DNA of 38,813 nt. It comes from an uncultured Candidatus Kuenenia sp. GTDB taxonomy: Bacteria; Planctomycetota; Planctomycetia; Pirellulales; UBA1268. The position numbers were made by a program, and so were the translations under genes. Below, piece by piece: positions 26,626 through 35,903 of the stretch. The notes under the pieces are model-generated. The model was given only the letters and a program-made list of their open reading frames with translations. It was not told the origin of the DNA and made no database searches. Every line of letters begins with the position of its first letter. The first letter of the stretch is position 1. The stretch spans positions 1 to 38,813 of the forward strand of contig CAYZHH010000003.1 of the NCBI GenBank assembly GCA_964478275.1. The letters run 5' to 3'.

Positions 26626-27921
26626 ATGTCGATCGGTTTCAACACGCCAGGCCTGCTTGATATTCCTGACGGGATGAGCCGCCGTCATTTCATGAGCCAT
26701 CTCGCTGGGGCGGCTGCCCTCGCGGCGCCGGCGACAGCTTTTACGAACACACTCTTCGCCAACTCCACCGACATGCGGAAGCGGCATAAGGCCGCGATCC
26801 TTCTTTGGATGGGTGGCGGTCCCAGCACCATCGACATGTGGGATCTCAAGCCGGGCCAGCCGACGGGTGGGCCGTTCAAGCCGATCCCGACGAGTGCCGA
26901 CGGAGTCCAGATCTGTGAGCACCTTCCGCTCATGGCCAAGCAGATGCACCACATGGCGATCGTGCGTTCGATGAGCACCCGCGAAGCCGATCACATGCGG
27001 GGTCGCTACTACATGCACACCGGGTATGTTCCCAATCCGAACGTCGAGCACCCCAGCTATGGCTCGGTGATCGCACACGAGCTCATCGACCAGGTGCCCC
27101 ATCTCGAGATTCCGCCGTTCGTGTCGGTGGGGGGCAGCAGCGTCGGCCCCGGTTTTCTCGGGATGACATGGGCGCCATTCGTGGTTGATTCCAATGGCAA
27201 TGTTCGGAACCTCGACATGGGCATCGACCCGGCGAGGCTTTCGCAGCGGCTCGATATGCTGGCCACCATTGAAAAGAAATTCATCGGTGAGGGTCGGGGT
27301 GGCGCGGCTGATGACCACATGAAGGTGCTCGACAAGACCGTCAAGCTCATGACAAGCGATCAGATGAGTGCGTTCAAGGTCATGCAGGAGCCGGCCGATG
27401 TGCGAGAAAAGTATGGGAATTCCGGCTTCGGGCGTGGCTGCCTCATGGCCCGTCGACTCGTGGAGATGGGTGTTCCTTTTGTCGAAGTCGATCTCGGCGG
27501 ATGGGACAACCATTCTGGGATCTTCCCGACGCTCGCGGACCAAAAACTCCCCGAGATGGACAAGGCAATGAGCGCGCTGGTGAGCGATCTTTCCGACCGC
27601 GGCATGCTCGATGACACCGTTGTGATCTGGATGGGTGAGTTCAGTCGCACGCCGAACATCAATGGCGGCGCTGGCAGGGATCATTGGGCCCGCAGTTGGA
27701 GTGCCGTGGTGGGCGGTGGCGGGTTCAAGCGGGGCGTGACGGTCGGGGAGACGAGCTCGGACGGCCGCGAGGTCATAAGCGACCCGTACACGTCCGAGGA
27801 TCTCATGGCCAGCGTCCTCAATGCCCTGGGCATCAAGCTGGAGACGACCTTCACCGCGAAGAACGGCCGTCCTATGAAGATCGCCAACTCCGGCAAGGTG
27901 ATCAAGGAGTTGTTCGCCTGA
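26626..27921 (+). CDS. DUF1501 domain protein (sulfatase-like fold) with twin-arginine signal
   Basis: MSRRHFMSHLAGAAALAAPATAF is Tat-like. GGGPSTIDMWDLKPGQ, GGWDNH and GEFSRTPNINGGAGRDHW are DUF1501 motifs. AGGAG lies 7 nt before ATG 26626. Confidence 0.88.
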   Translation: MSIGFNTPGLLDIPDGMSRRHFMSHLAGAAALAAPATAFTNTLFANSTDMRKRHKAAILLWMGGGPSTIDMWDLKPGQPTGGPFKPIPTSADGVQICEHLPLMAKQMHHMAIVRSMSTREADHMRGRYYMHTGYVPNPNVEHPSYGSVIAHELIDQVPHLEIPPFVSVGGSSVGPGFLGMTWAPFVVDSNGNVRNLDMGIDPARLSQRLDMLATIEKKFIGEGRGGAADDHMKVLDKTVKLMTSDQMSAFKVMQEPADVREKYGNSGFGRGCLMARRLVEMGVPFVEVDLGGWDNHSGIFPTLADQKLPEMDKAMSALVSDLSDRGMLDDTVVIWMGEFSRTPNINGGAGRDHWARSWSAVVGGGGFKRGVTVGETSSDGREVISDPYTSEDLMASVLNALGIKLETTFTAKNGRPMKIANSGKVIKELFA

Positions 27922-28001
27922 CTCAGGCGAAACCGCGAGCCAGCGGTGAGGCAGGGAAGGGCGGGGTCACCGTTCTTCCCGGGACCGTCTGGCCTCTTGT
28001 C

Positions 28002-29357
28002 GTGCTGGTGGCCCCGGTGCTGCTCGAGCAGTTCCTGGCGCTGGCCGTCGGCTTTGTCGACAAGTGGCTCGCTGGCAACTTGTTCACCGATGCCGAGCCG
28101 CTGGCGGCTATCGGGCTGGTTGCCTACTGCTTGGCATTCATGCCGGTGCTCTTCATGATGCCCGCGGCAGGTGCCACCGCGCTCGTGTCTCGGGCGGTGG
28201 GGGGCGGGGACTATGCTGCCGCCCGCCGAGCGTGGGTGGCGTGCCTCCTTGTCGCCATCGCCCTGGCCGTGGTCGCGCTTGGCTTGGCCGTGCTTTGGGG
28301 AGAGCGGTTCATCGGGCTCCTCGGACTGCCTCCGGGAAGCAGCAGCTTAGCGATTCGCTATCTGGCCATCGTCACCCCTACGCTTCCGTTGCTGGCCGTG
28401 ATCTCCGTCGGCTTGGCCGCGCTTCGAGGTGCCGGCGACATGGTGGGTGGCCTCGTGGCGATGTCGGTGGTCAACCTTGTCAACGCTGGCGCGAGCTATG
28501 CACTCGCCACGGGCTCTCTTGGCCTGCCGCGGCTGGGTTGGGAGGGGCTCGCATGGGGCACGGTGGCGGGCTACGCCTGCGGGACGGTGGTTGTCATAGC
28601 GCTCCTGGCACGCGGGGGGCGGGGGCTGCAGCCGCGGTGGACGGATTGGCGGCCCCAGCGCGACGAGCTCTCGCGAATTGCCCACATTGGAGGACCGGCT
28701 GGCACGGATGCAATCGGCAATGCCGCGTGCCACCTGACGTTTCTGGGGATCGTCAATCGGCTCGGTGATATCGATGCGGCGGCCCATTCCGTGGCCATCA
28801 CGATCGAGTCGCTGGCCTTCCTCCCCGGAAGCGCCTTCGGCGTGGCTGCGGCGACCCTCGCCGGGCAGTTCCTCGGCGCTGGTGACCAGCAGCGGGCTCG
28901 ACGGAGCGTCGGTTTGGCCGCCGGGGCGGCCGCGGCGCTCATGACCCTCGCAGGCCTTGGCTTTCTCCTGGCCGCGGACCCCTTGGCCGTCTGGTTCACC
29001 GGGGGAGCAGACCGGCAGCCGGCGGTAGCGTCGCTGGCGGCGTCACTCGTGAGGGTCGTGGCCTTCGTGCAGCCCCCCCTCGCGCTCCTCATGGTATTTT
29101 CCGGAGGACTCCGGGGAGCCGGCGCGACCCGCCCTCCACTGGTCGTCAATTTCACGAGCCTGATCCTGATTCGGCTGCCTTTGGCCGTCTTCCTCGCCTG
29201 GCCTGTCGTCGAGTTGCCGGGAGGCCTTGGCGCGCTCCCCGGCTGCGGCCTGGGGGTCTATGGTGCCTGGCTTGCGATGGCAGCCGATCTCACCGCCCGT
29301 GGCCTCGCGATGCTTGTCATCTACGCGGGTGGGCGATGGTCGAAGGTGGTTGTGTGA
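28002..29357 (+). CDS. MATE family efflux transporter (start uncertain)
   Basis: A polytopic membrane protein with PVLLEQFLALAVGFVDKWLAG (the MATE N-terminal motif) and a duplicated 6-TM architecture. The only canonical in-frame starts are GTG 28002 and ATG 27684. A CTG at 27918 overlapping the upstream stop (CTGA) would give a more typical N-terminus. Confidence 0.8.
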   Translation: MLVAPVLLEQFLALAVGFVDKWLAGNLFTDAEPLAAIGLVAYCLAFMPVLFMMPAAGATALVSRAVGGGDYAAARRAWVACLLVAIALAVVALGLAVLWGERFIGLLGLPPGSSSLAIRYLAIVTPTLPLLAVISVGLAALRGAGDMVGGLVAMSVVNLVNAGASYALATGSLGLPRLGWEGLAWGTVAGYACGTVVVIALLARGGRGLQPRWTDWRPQRDELSRIAHIGGPAGTDAIGNAACHLTFLGIVNRLGDIDAAAHSVAITIESLAFLPGSAFGVAAATLAGQFLGAGDQQRARRSVGLAAGAAAALMTLAGLGFLLAADPLAVWFTGGADRQPAVASLAASLVRVVAFVQPPLALLMVFSGGLRGAGATRPPLVVNFTSLILIRLPLAVFLAWPVVELPGGLGALPGCGLGVYGAWLAMAADLTARGLAMLVIYAGGRWSKVVV

Positions 29358-29473
29358 CGGTGCCCGTGGTGATTACGTGCAGTGAAACACACCCCTCGGC
29401 ATGACCTGCCGAACGTTCCGCGATACACTTTCCGCGAGGTGATGAACCTCGCATACGACCATGAGGGCTCTCG

Positions 29474-31393
29474 ATGGCTGCCGTCGATCTAGACGTCGAG
29501 CACTGGACCACCGCCGACGCGGCCGAACTCTACGAGGTGGCCCGGTGGGGCAATGGCTATTTTTCCGTGGGCCCCAACGGCCACCTGCTGGTCCATGGCC
29601 ACAAGGACCCGACCCGAAGTATCGATCTCAAGCAGTTGATCGACCGCCTCCAGGTTCGCGGGATCGACCTCCCGATCCTGCTGCGGTTCGGCGAGATCCT
29701 CGAGCACCGGCTGGGTGAAATTCACGGAGCCTTTGCCGCCGCCATGAAGGAGAGCGGCTACCACGGCAACTATTGCTGTGTGTATCCGATCAAGGTCAAC
29801 CAGCAGCGGCAGGTCGTCGAGGAAGTCCTGCGGTTTGGCCGACCCTTCAATTTTGGCCTCGAGGCTGGCAGCAAGCCGGAGCTGCTCGCGGTGATCGCGC
29901 TTGCCGACAACGAGACGCCGATCATCTGCAACGGCTTCAAGGATGCCGAGTTCATCGAGACAGCGATGCTCGCGCAGAAGATAGGTCGGCACATTATTCC
30001 GGTCGTGGAGCGATTCTCGGAGCTGAACCTCATCCTCGAGTACGCCGAGAAGGTGGGAGTCCGGCCACGGATCGGAATGCGGGTGAAGCTCGCGTCCCGC
30101 GGGAGTGGTCGCTGGCAGGCCTCGGGTGGGTTTCGGAGCAAGTTTGGCCTCACGGCGAGCGAGCTCGTCAAAGGGCTCGACCTGCTGGCCGAACGCGGCA
30201 TGGCGGACTGCCTCCAGTTGCTCCACTTCCATCAGGGCAGTCAGATCACGAACATCCGCCACATCAAGACTGCCCTCAATGAGGCTTCGCGGATCTACGC
30301 TGAGCTTGTGAAGCGAGGGGCAGGGCTCCGATATCTCGATGTCGGCGGTGGGCTCGGGGTCGACTATGACGGCTCACAAACCAACTTCGAATCGAGCGTC
30401 AACTACAGTCTTCAGGAATACGCTAACGACGTGGTCTACCACGTGCAGAACGCCTGCGACGAGGCAGGCGTTCCCCACCCGACGATCATCTCCGAGAGCG
30501 GACGGGCCGTCGTCGCGTACCACAGTGTGCTCATCTTCGGCGTGATCGGGGTTTCCGAGCAGGGGGGGACCGCTGAGATCACCGAGCCACCTCCCGACGC
30601 AGAGCAGCCCCTCGTCGACCTCTACGAGACGCACCAAAACCTCAACGTCAGGAACGTCCTCGAGAGCTTCCACGATGCCCAGCAATGCCTCGACACTGCC
30701 ATGACGCTTTTCGCCAGCGGCTACCTGCCTCTCGAACAACGGTCAGCCGTCGAAAATCTCTACTGGGCAACCTGCCGTCGAATCTCCAGGCTGGTCCGCG
30801 GGTTGGACTACGTGCCAGAGGAGCTGGAAGGGCTCGAGGCGTCCCTGTCCGACACGTACTTCTGCAACTTCTCGCTCTTCCAGTCGATTCCCGATAGCTG
30901 GGCGATCAAGCAGCTCTTTCCAGTGATGCCCATCCACCGGCTCGACGAGAAGCCCACCCGGGCTTCCGTGCTCGGCGACGTCACCTGCGACTCCGACGGC
31001 AAAATCGACCAGTTCATCGACCGCCGGGACGTGAAACGCACACTCCCGCTTCACTGCTGGAACAACGAACCCTATTACCTCGGTGCTTTTCTGATCGGTG
31101 CGTATCAGGAGATTCTCGGTGACCTCCACAATCTTTTTGGTGACACGAACGCCGTGCACGTGAGCACCGACCACCGAGGTGAGGTGGTTGTGGACGCCGT
31201 GATCAAGGGAGATACCGTCCGCGAGGTACTCGACTATGTTCAGTTCGACGCCAACCAACTCGTGCAACGGCTTCGCGACTCCATTGAGCAGGCGGTACGC
31301 GAGGGGCGTATCAGTGATGGCCAAGCGGGTCGGTTCCTCAAGTTCTACGAGGAGGGCCTCGGCGGTTACACGTACCTCGAAGAACCGGGGTAA
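29474..31393 (+). CDS. speA: biosynthetic arginine decarboxylase
   Basis: 639 aa. WTTADAAELYEVARWGNGYFSVGPNGHLLV matches the SpeA N-terminus. The PLP lysine context CVYPIKVNQQ and GGGLGVDYDG are present. Confidence 0.96.
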   Translation: MAAVDLDVEHWTTADAAELYEVARWGNGYFSVGPNGHLLVHGHKDPTRSIDLKQLIDRLQVRGIDLPILLRFGEILEHRLGEIHGAFAAAMKESGYHGNYCCVYPIKVNQQRQVVEEVLRFGRPFNFGLEAGSKPELLAVIALADNETPIICNGFKDAEFIETAMLAQKIGRHIIPVVERFSELNLILEYAEKVGVRPRIGMRVKLASRGSGRWQASGGFRSKFGLTASELVKGLDLLAERGMADCLQLLHFHQGSQITNIRHIKTALNEASRIYAELVKRGAGLRYLDVGGGLGVDYDGSQTNFESSVNYSLQEYANDVVYHVQNACDEAGVPHPTIISESGRAVVAYHSVLIFGVIGVSEQGGTAEITEPPPDAEQPLVDLYETHQNLNVRNVLESFHDAQQCLDTAMTLFASGYLPLEQRSAVENLYWATCRRISRLVRGLDYVPEELEGLEASLSDTYFCNFSLFQSIPDSWAIKQLFPVMPIHRLDEKPTRASVLGDVTCDSDGKIDQFIDRRDVKRTLPLHCWNNEPYYLGAFLIGAYQEILGDLHNLFGDTNAVHVSTDHRGEVVVDAVIKGDTVREVLDYVQFDANQLVQRLRDSIEQAVREGRISDGQAGRFLKFYEEGLGGYTYLEEPG

Positions 31394-31438
31394 GCGTTTG
31401 CCGATGACCCGCCGCCGAGGGCGTCACTCGCCTCGCCC

Positions 31439-33430
31439 ATGCACCTAATCCGCCTCGGGGGTTCGGCCCTCAATCAAACGCCGCTCGATTGGGACGGCAA
31501 TCGGGACCGGATCGTGGCCGCGATCACGGCCGCGCGGGCAGCGGGCGTTTCGATCCTCTGCCTGCCGGAGCTCTCGATCACTGGGTATGGCTGTGAAGAC
31601 GCCTTTCTTTCGCCCGGTGTCGTGCGCATGGCCTGGCGGATGCTCGATGAAATTGCGCCACATTCGGCAGGAATCGCCGTCGCCGTGGGCCTGCCGGTGC
31701 GGTTTGAGAATGGCGTCTACGATGCGGCGGCCTTCCTTGCGGACGGCCGACTCGCCGGCATCGTCTGCAAGCAAAACCTTGCTGGGGACGGGATTCATTA
31801 CGAGCCCCGGTGGTTCCGGCCCTGGCCACGAGGGCGCCGGGCCACGCTGTCGGTCGATGGCGCCGCGATCCCGATCGGCGACCTGCGGTTCGCCCTGGGT
31901 GGCGTGCGGGTCGGCTTCGAGATCTGTGAGGACGCATGGGCTGCCGACCGGCCGGGAGCGGCGCTCGCGGGCCGCGGCGTGGACGTGATCTTGAACCCTT
32001 CAGCAAGTCACTTTGCTTTTGGCAAAGAAGAAATCCGCCGCCGATTTGTCCTTGAGGGCTCGCGGGCCTTTGCCGCTGCGTACGTCTACACGAACCTTGT
32101 GGGCAATGAAGCGGGCAGAGCGATCTATGACGGAAGTGTGCTTGTCGCTTCAGGGGGGCGGCTCGTCGCGCAGGGGAAACGATTCACCTTTGACGACAAG
32201 GCCGCCACGGTGGCGAGCGTCGATCTCGATGCGCTCCGGCCGGCGCAGTCGAGGCTCGCGACCGCGGCAGCGCATCCTGTCGATGATCTCGTCTCGGTCG
32301 CTTTCGCGCCGCCCACGGTTGAATCGGGCCCCGCAGTGAGTGATGGCCGTGATGCCTGGGAGCGAGGTGACAGCATCAAGGAAGAGGAGTTCACGCGGGC
32401 GGTGGCCCTCGGCCTTTTTGACTATGGCCGAAAGAGCCGCTCGCGGGGTTTTGTCGTGTCGGCGAGTGGCGGGGCGGATTCATCGGCCGTGGCATGCCTG
32501 ATCTCCCTGGCATGCACGCTCGCCGCAGCCGAGCTGACGCCCGAAGCTGCTGCCGCTCGCCTTGGCCTTTCCGCGACGACCGCGCTCACGGGCGAAGCCA
32601 CCGTGCGACAGCTCGTAGCGGCTGCGCTCACCTGTGTGTATCAGGCCACGGCCAACTCCGGGTCTGTCACGCGAGCGGCCGCCCGTGGGCTTGCCGAGGG
32701 GCTCGGCGCCGCGTTTCATGAGTTTGATGTTGAACCGATTGTCCGGGAGTACGAGCGAATCGTGTCCGGCGCGATCGGCCGGCCGCTCTCGTGGGAGCGC
32801 GACGACATCGCGCTCCAGAACATCCAGGCGCGTGCTCGAGCTCCGGGCGTATGGATGCTGGCGAATCTCACGGACGCCCTGCTTGTCTCGACGAGCAACC
32901 GTTCCGAGGCGGCCGTCGGTTACGCCACGATGGATGGCGACACGGCCGGGGGCATCGCTCCCATTGCCGGCATCGACAAGGCGTATCTGAGGCGATGGCT
33001 TGTGTGGCTCGAGCGGGAGGGGCCGGAGAGCCTTGGGCCGATGCCCGTGCTTGCGGCCGTCAACGCCCAGCAGCCGACCGCCGAGCTGCGTCCTCCGGCC
33101 GACGGCCAGACCGACGAAGCCGATCTCATGCCGTACGACATCCTCGATGCTGTTGAACGCTTCGCGATCCGCGACCGGCAGACTCCGGTGGAATGCTGGC
33201 GACGGCTGACGAGCGAGTTCTCATTGCATGCACCGAGGCAGCTTGCCGCATGGACTGAGCGGTTCTTCACGCTCTGGAGCCGAAACCAGTGGAAGCGGGA
33301 GCGGTACGCCCCATCGTTTCAACTCGACGACGAGAACCTCGACCCCAAGACTTGGTGCCGTTTTCCAATCCTTTCCGGCGGGTTCTCGCGCGAGCTCACA
33401 GAGCTCCGTGCAGCGGCAGGCAAGGGCTGA
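31439..33430 (+). CDS. nadE: glutamine-dependent NAD+ synthetase (nitrilase + NAD synthetase domains)
   Basis: The N-terminal CN-hydrolase domain has LCLPELSITGY and FEICEDAW. The C-terminal PP-loop is VVSASGGADSS. 663 aa. Confidence 0.94.
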   Translation: MHLIRLGGSALNQTPLDWDGNRDRIVAAITAARAAGVSILCLPELSITGYGCEDAFLSPGVVRMAWRMLDEIAPHSAGIAVAVGLPVRFENGVYDAAAFLADGRLAGIVCKQNLAGDGIHYEPRWFRPWPRGRRATLSVDGAAIPIGDLRFALGGVRVGFEICEDAWAADRPGAALAGRGVDVILNPSASHFAFGKEEIRRRFVLEGSRAFAAAYVYTNLVGNEAGRAIYDGSVLVASGGRLVAQGKRFTFDDKAATVASVDLDALRPAQSRLATAAAHPVDDLVSVAFAPPTVESGPAVSDGRDAWERGDSIKEEEFTRAVALGLFDYGRKSRSRGFVVSASGGADSSAVACLISLACTLAAAELTPEAAAARLGLSATTALTGEATVRQLVAAALTCVYQATANSGSVTRAAARGLAEGLGAAFHEFDVEPIVREYERIVSGAIGRPLSWERDDIALQNIQARARAPGVWMLANLTDALLVSTSNRSEAAVGYATMDGDTAGGIAPIAGIDKAYLRRWLVWLEREGPESLGPMPVLAAVNAQQPTAELRPPADGQTDEADLMPYDILDAVERFAIRDRQTPVECWRRLTSEFSLHAPRQLAAWTERFFTLWSRNQWKRERYAPSFQLDDENLDPKTWCRFPILSGGFSRELTELRAAAGKG

Positions 33431-33533
33431 CGGGGGCAGGAAAAGCCCAGAGAAACGCGGTAAAACGCTCTCGCCCGGCGGTGGGAAAGGCTGCTAGAGT
33501 CCCGGGCCGTTGTTCCCTGCAGGAGCCCGTGCC

Positions 33534-34490
33534 GTGCGCTGTCTTGCCCAAATTCTGCCCCTGTTCGTCGTTCTTGCCGTCACGATGGTGGCGGCCGATA
33601 TCGCGCCTGGCCAGGCTCCCGGTTCCCAGCCGGCACCCGCGGCAAGCACGCCTCCTGGGCCACGGGTAGCGGCGGTGCCTGCGGCCCCCGCAGCTCCGGC
33701 CCCACTTTCAGCGCAGGAGCAGGCTGCCCTCGACCAGTTGCTCGCCGCGTGGGAGGCCCGCAGCGCAGCCGTCAAAACCTGGTCGTGTACCTTTCGCAAA
33801 TGGGAATTCACCGCCTGGAGTCCTGTGGATGAAAAAGGCGAACGCATGGCATTCTCGGAAAGTACCGGTGAGCTCAAGTACGCGTCCCCCGACAAGGGTT
33901 TGTTCCGAGTCAAAGAGTCGAAGCAATGGGTCGCCGAACCCGGCGCGAAGTCCGTGCCCGGCCTGCCGCCCCGCGGACGCTATGAGGTGCAGCCAAGTGA
34001 GGCCCACGAGCACTGGGTGTGCAATGGCGAGAGCATCTACGAGTTTCGTCACTCAGAGCGTCAGCTCAAGGAGACCAGGCTCCCTCCCGAGATGCGAGGC
34101 AAGGCGATCAGCGATGGACCGTTGCCGTTCGTCTTCGGGGCCAAAGCCGAAACGCTGAAGAAGCGATATTGGATGCGGATCATCACGCCGCCCGACGTTC
34201 GCGACCAAATCTGGCTCGAGGCACTCCCCCGATACCAGGTCGATGCGGCCAATTTGTCGAAGGTCGAGCTCATCCTCCAGGCCCGCGACCTCATGCCATT
34301 CGCGATCCAGATGTATAAGCCGGGTGGCCAGGATCGCGATGTCTATCAGTTCGATCCTCGGACGAACCTGATCGACAAGGGCCTCGACATGATTCGCGAC
34401 TTCGCCAAGCCGATGACGCCGTTTGGCTACAAGTACGTGCTTGACGATGTGCCGGCGCAGGCGGGCCCGCCTCCCGCGCCAGGCCGCTGA
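33534..34490 (+). CDS. secreted hypothetical protein (resembles the planctomycete TIGR03009-type / LolA-like domain family, from memory)
   Basis: GTG 33534 has AGGAG 8 nt upstream and gives the signal peptide MRCLAQILPLFVVLAVTMVAADIAPGQA. A Pro/Ala-rich linker follows, then a globular domain (LDQLLAAWEARSAAVKTWSCTFRKWEF...). The listed TTG 33510 start is possible. Confidence 0.7.
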   Translation: MRCLAQILPLFVVLAVTMVAADIAPGQAPGSQPAPAASTPPGPRVAAVPAAPAAPAPLSAQEQAALDQLLAAWEARSAAVKTWSCTFRKWEFTAWSPVDEKGERMAFSESTGELKYASPDKGLFRVKESKQWVAEPGAKSVPGLPPRGRYEVQPSEAHEHWVCNGESIYEFRHSERQLKETRLPPEMRGKAISDGPLPFVFGAKAETLKKRYWMRIITPPDVRDQIWLEALPRYQVDAANLSKVELILQARDLMPFAIQMYKPGGQDRDVYQFDPRTNLIDKGLDMIRDFAKPMTPFGYKYVLDDVPAQAGPPPAPGR

Positions 34491-34528
34491 GCCCGTGCGG
34501 GCCTGATCGCTCCGCCACCGCCAGCGTC

Positions 34529-34558
34529 GTTCGCCAGTCTCCTCAGAGGGCGATATAA
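34529..34558 (+). promoter_or_regulatory. candidate promoter upstream of the 34595 gene
   Basis: Perfect -10 TATAAT at 34553-34558 and a weak -35 TTCGCC at 34529-34534 (18-nt spacer), 37 nt upstream of the ATG. Confidence 0.3.
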
Positions 34559-34594
34559 TCGGGCGACCTCGCCGTTCCGGAGCGCGATTGCACT

Positions 34595-35080
34595 ATGCCC
34601 GTTGTTGATGCGGACCACCCGCTTTTTCGATTGCTCGAGCAGGATCGTCGCTACACGCTCGAAGCGTACCTCTTCGTGCTCGAGGCCCTGGCGTTTGCCC
34701 AGGAGTCGCTCGGCTTCGGCGTCGAGCCTGCCGCGGAGGAGCTTGAGCCCGTTTCCGAGGAGACATCTGCCCGCAGCCGCCGCGACGCAGCTCGACCGCG
34801 TCGTGGCGACCGCCGGGCCGAGCGACATGTGTCAGGCCAGCAGCTCTGTGAGGCAGCCCGGCTCTATGGCCAGCAGCAGTATGGTTTCCTGGCCCCCACC
34901 GTGTTGGGCGCATGGGGCCTTCGCCGCACGGCCGACATCGGCGAGATCGTCTTCAACATGATCGAGATCGGACAGATGCGGAAGACTCGCAGCGACCGCC
35001 GGGAGGACTTTCACGATGTCTTTGATTTCAACGATGCCTTTTCTCGCGATATTCCCTTTGCCGTTCCCGACCCCGGCTGA
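34595..35080 (+). CDS. conserved hypothetical protein (resembles the Verrucomicrobia/Planctomycetes-restricted Minf_1886 / TIGR04138 family, from memory)
   Basis: 161 aa. The conserved-looking N-terminus is FRLLEQDRRYTLEAYLFVLEALAFAQ. A charged linker follows, then the C-terminal HVSGQQLCEAARLYGQQQYGFLAPTVLGAWGLRRTADIGEIVFNMIEIGQM. Codon bias is good. Confidence 0.75.
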   Translation: MPVVDADHPLFRLLEQDRRYTLEAYLFVLEALAFAQESLGFGVEPAAEELEPVSEETSARSRRDAARPRRGDRRAERHVSGQQLCEAARLYGQQQYGFLAPTVLGAWGLRRTADIGEIVFNMIEIGQMRKTRSDRREDFHDVFDFNDAFSRDIPFAVPDPG

Positions 35081-35094
35081 AAGGGAGCCGTGGA

Positions 35095-35208
35095 ATGAAG
35101 GACGTCGCCACGACGGCAACTCGCCATGGGTGGAGTCTCGTTGCGCTCGCGGGAGCCACCGAGGCTCTGTGGCTCGTGTTCCTCGCGTGGCTGGCATGGC
35201 GGGCGTAG
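35095..35208 (+). CDS. candidate 37-aa single-pass membrane micro-protein (not in the ORF track)
   Basis: ATG 35095 is preceded by GGGAG 7-8 nt upstream, with TAG at 35206-35208. The product is MKDVATTATRHGWSLVALAGATEALWLVFLAWLAWRA. The third codon position is more GC-rich than in the competing frame, and there is a hydrophobic Trp-flanked helix. Confidence 0.4.
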   Translation: MKDVATTATRHGWSLVALAGATEALWLVFLAWLAWRA

Positions 35209-35221
35209 GAGAAAGCGGGCG

Positions 35222-35884
35222 ATGAACATTTCGCTCGCGGCCCTGCCGCTCTGGGTGGCTGTCTTGCCGCTGGGTCTGTACCTCGCGGCCCTTGGTTGGC
35301 TTCACCTGCGACGCAGACCCACTGTGCTCGGGGGCGGCTTGGATCTCATCCTCTTGGCCACGGCCGTGTCAGGCTTGGTTCTTGCCGGACCGCTCGCCCT
35401 TCTACAGCCGGCGTTTGGTGCAGCCCCGTGGGCCATGGGCATGCTGCTCTCCCTTTTCGTGCTCATTGTGGCGTCGGGGATCCTCGTGACCCGGCCGCGT
35501 CTTGTCATCTACAACATCACGCTCGAGCAATTGCGGCCGATCCTTGCGGAGCTCGCCAACGGGCTCGATCCATCAGCTCGCTGGGCGGGGGAGAGCGTGG
35601 CGCTTCCGGCCCGCGGCCTCCAGGTGCTCGTCGACGGCCACGGTCTGGCGCGGAGTGTCAGCGTGGTCGCCGTGGGAAAACGCACGTCGGCCGAGGCGTG
35701 GGCCGAGTTTGGCCGTCGGCTGAGGCAGGCCGTGGGCTCGCTGCGGGTACGGCGGAACCCGTGGGGGGTGGCACTGGCATCGCTTGGGTGTGGCATTGTG
35801 CTCGGTGCGATCGGCTGGGGGACGGTCGCAAGCCCTCAGTCCAGCGGCCCGGCGGCCGTCGCCCGAGCGTTTCGCACCTTCTGA
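35222..35884 (+). CDS. hypothetical integral membrane protein
   Basis: ATG 35222 is preceded by AGGAG. The product [33 protein letters not shown]... has several hydrophobic helices at both ends and a soluble middle. The upstream 35126 start adds only Arg-rich junk. Confidence 0.7.
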   Translation: MNISLAALPLWVAVLPLGLYLAALGWLHLRRRPTVLGGGLDLILLATAVSGLVLAGPLALLQPAFGAAPWAMGMLLSLFVLIVASGILVTRPRLVIYNITLEQLRPILAELANGLDPSARWAGESVALPARGLQVLVDGHGLARSVSVVAVGKRTSAEAWAEFGRRLRQAVGSLRVRRNPWGVALASLGCGIVLGAIGWGTVASPQSSGPAAVARAFRTF

Positions 35885-35903
35885 TATTCCCAGGAATCTC
35901 GTC

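Noticed and set aside
26605-27684. 359-aa minus-strand ORF opposite the DUF1501 gene
   Set aside because: Antisense shadow. The + strand product has the full set of DUF1501 motifs and a Tat signal.
27684-28001. ATG 27684 as the MATE start (557-aa version)
   Set aside because: It would overlap 238 nt of the DUF1501 gene and add a Gly/Arg-rich non-membrane segment with no MATE similarity.
29401-29492. Two short upstream ORFs before speA (13 aa from 29401; 16 aa from 29442, overlapping the speA start) as possible polyamine-sensing leader peptides
   Set aside because: They have no SD-like sequence and no recognisable arrest motif. Such short ORFs are expected by chance. This is pure speculation without comparative data.
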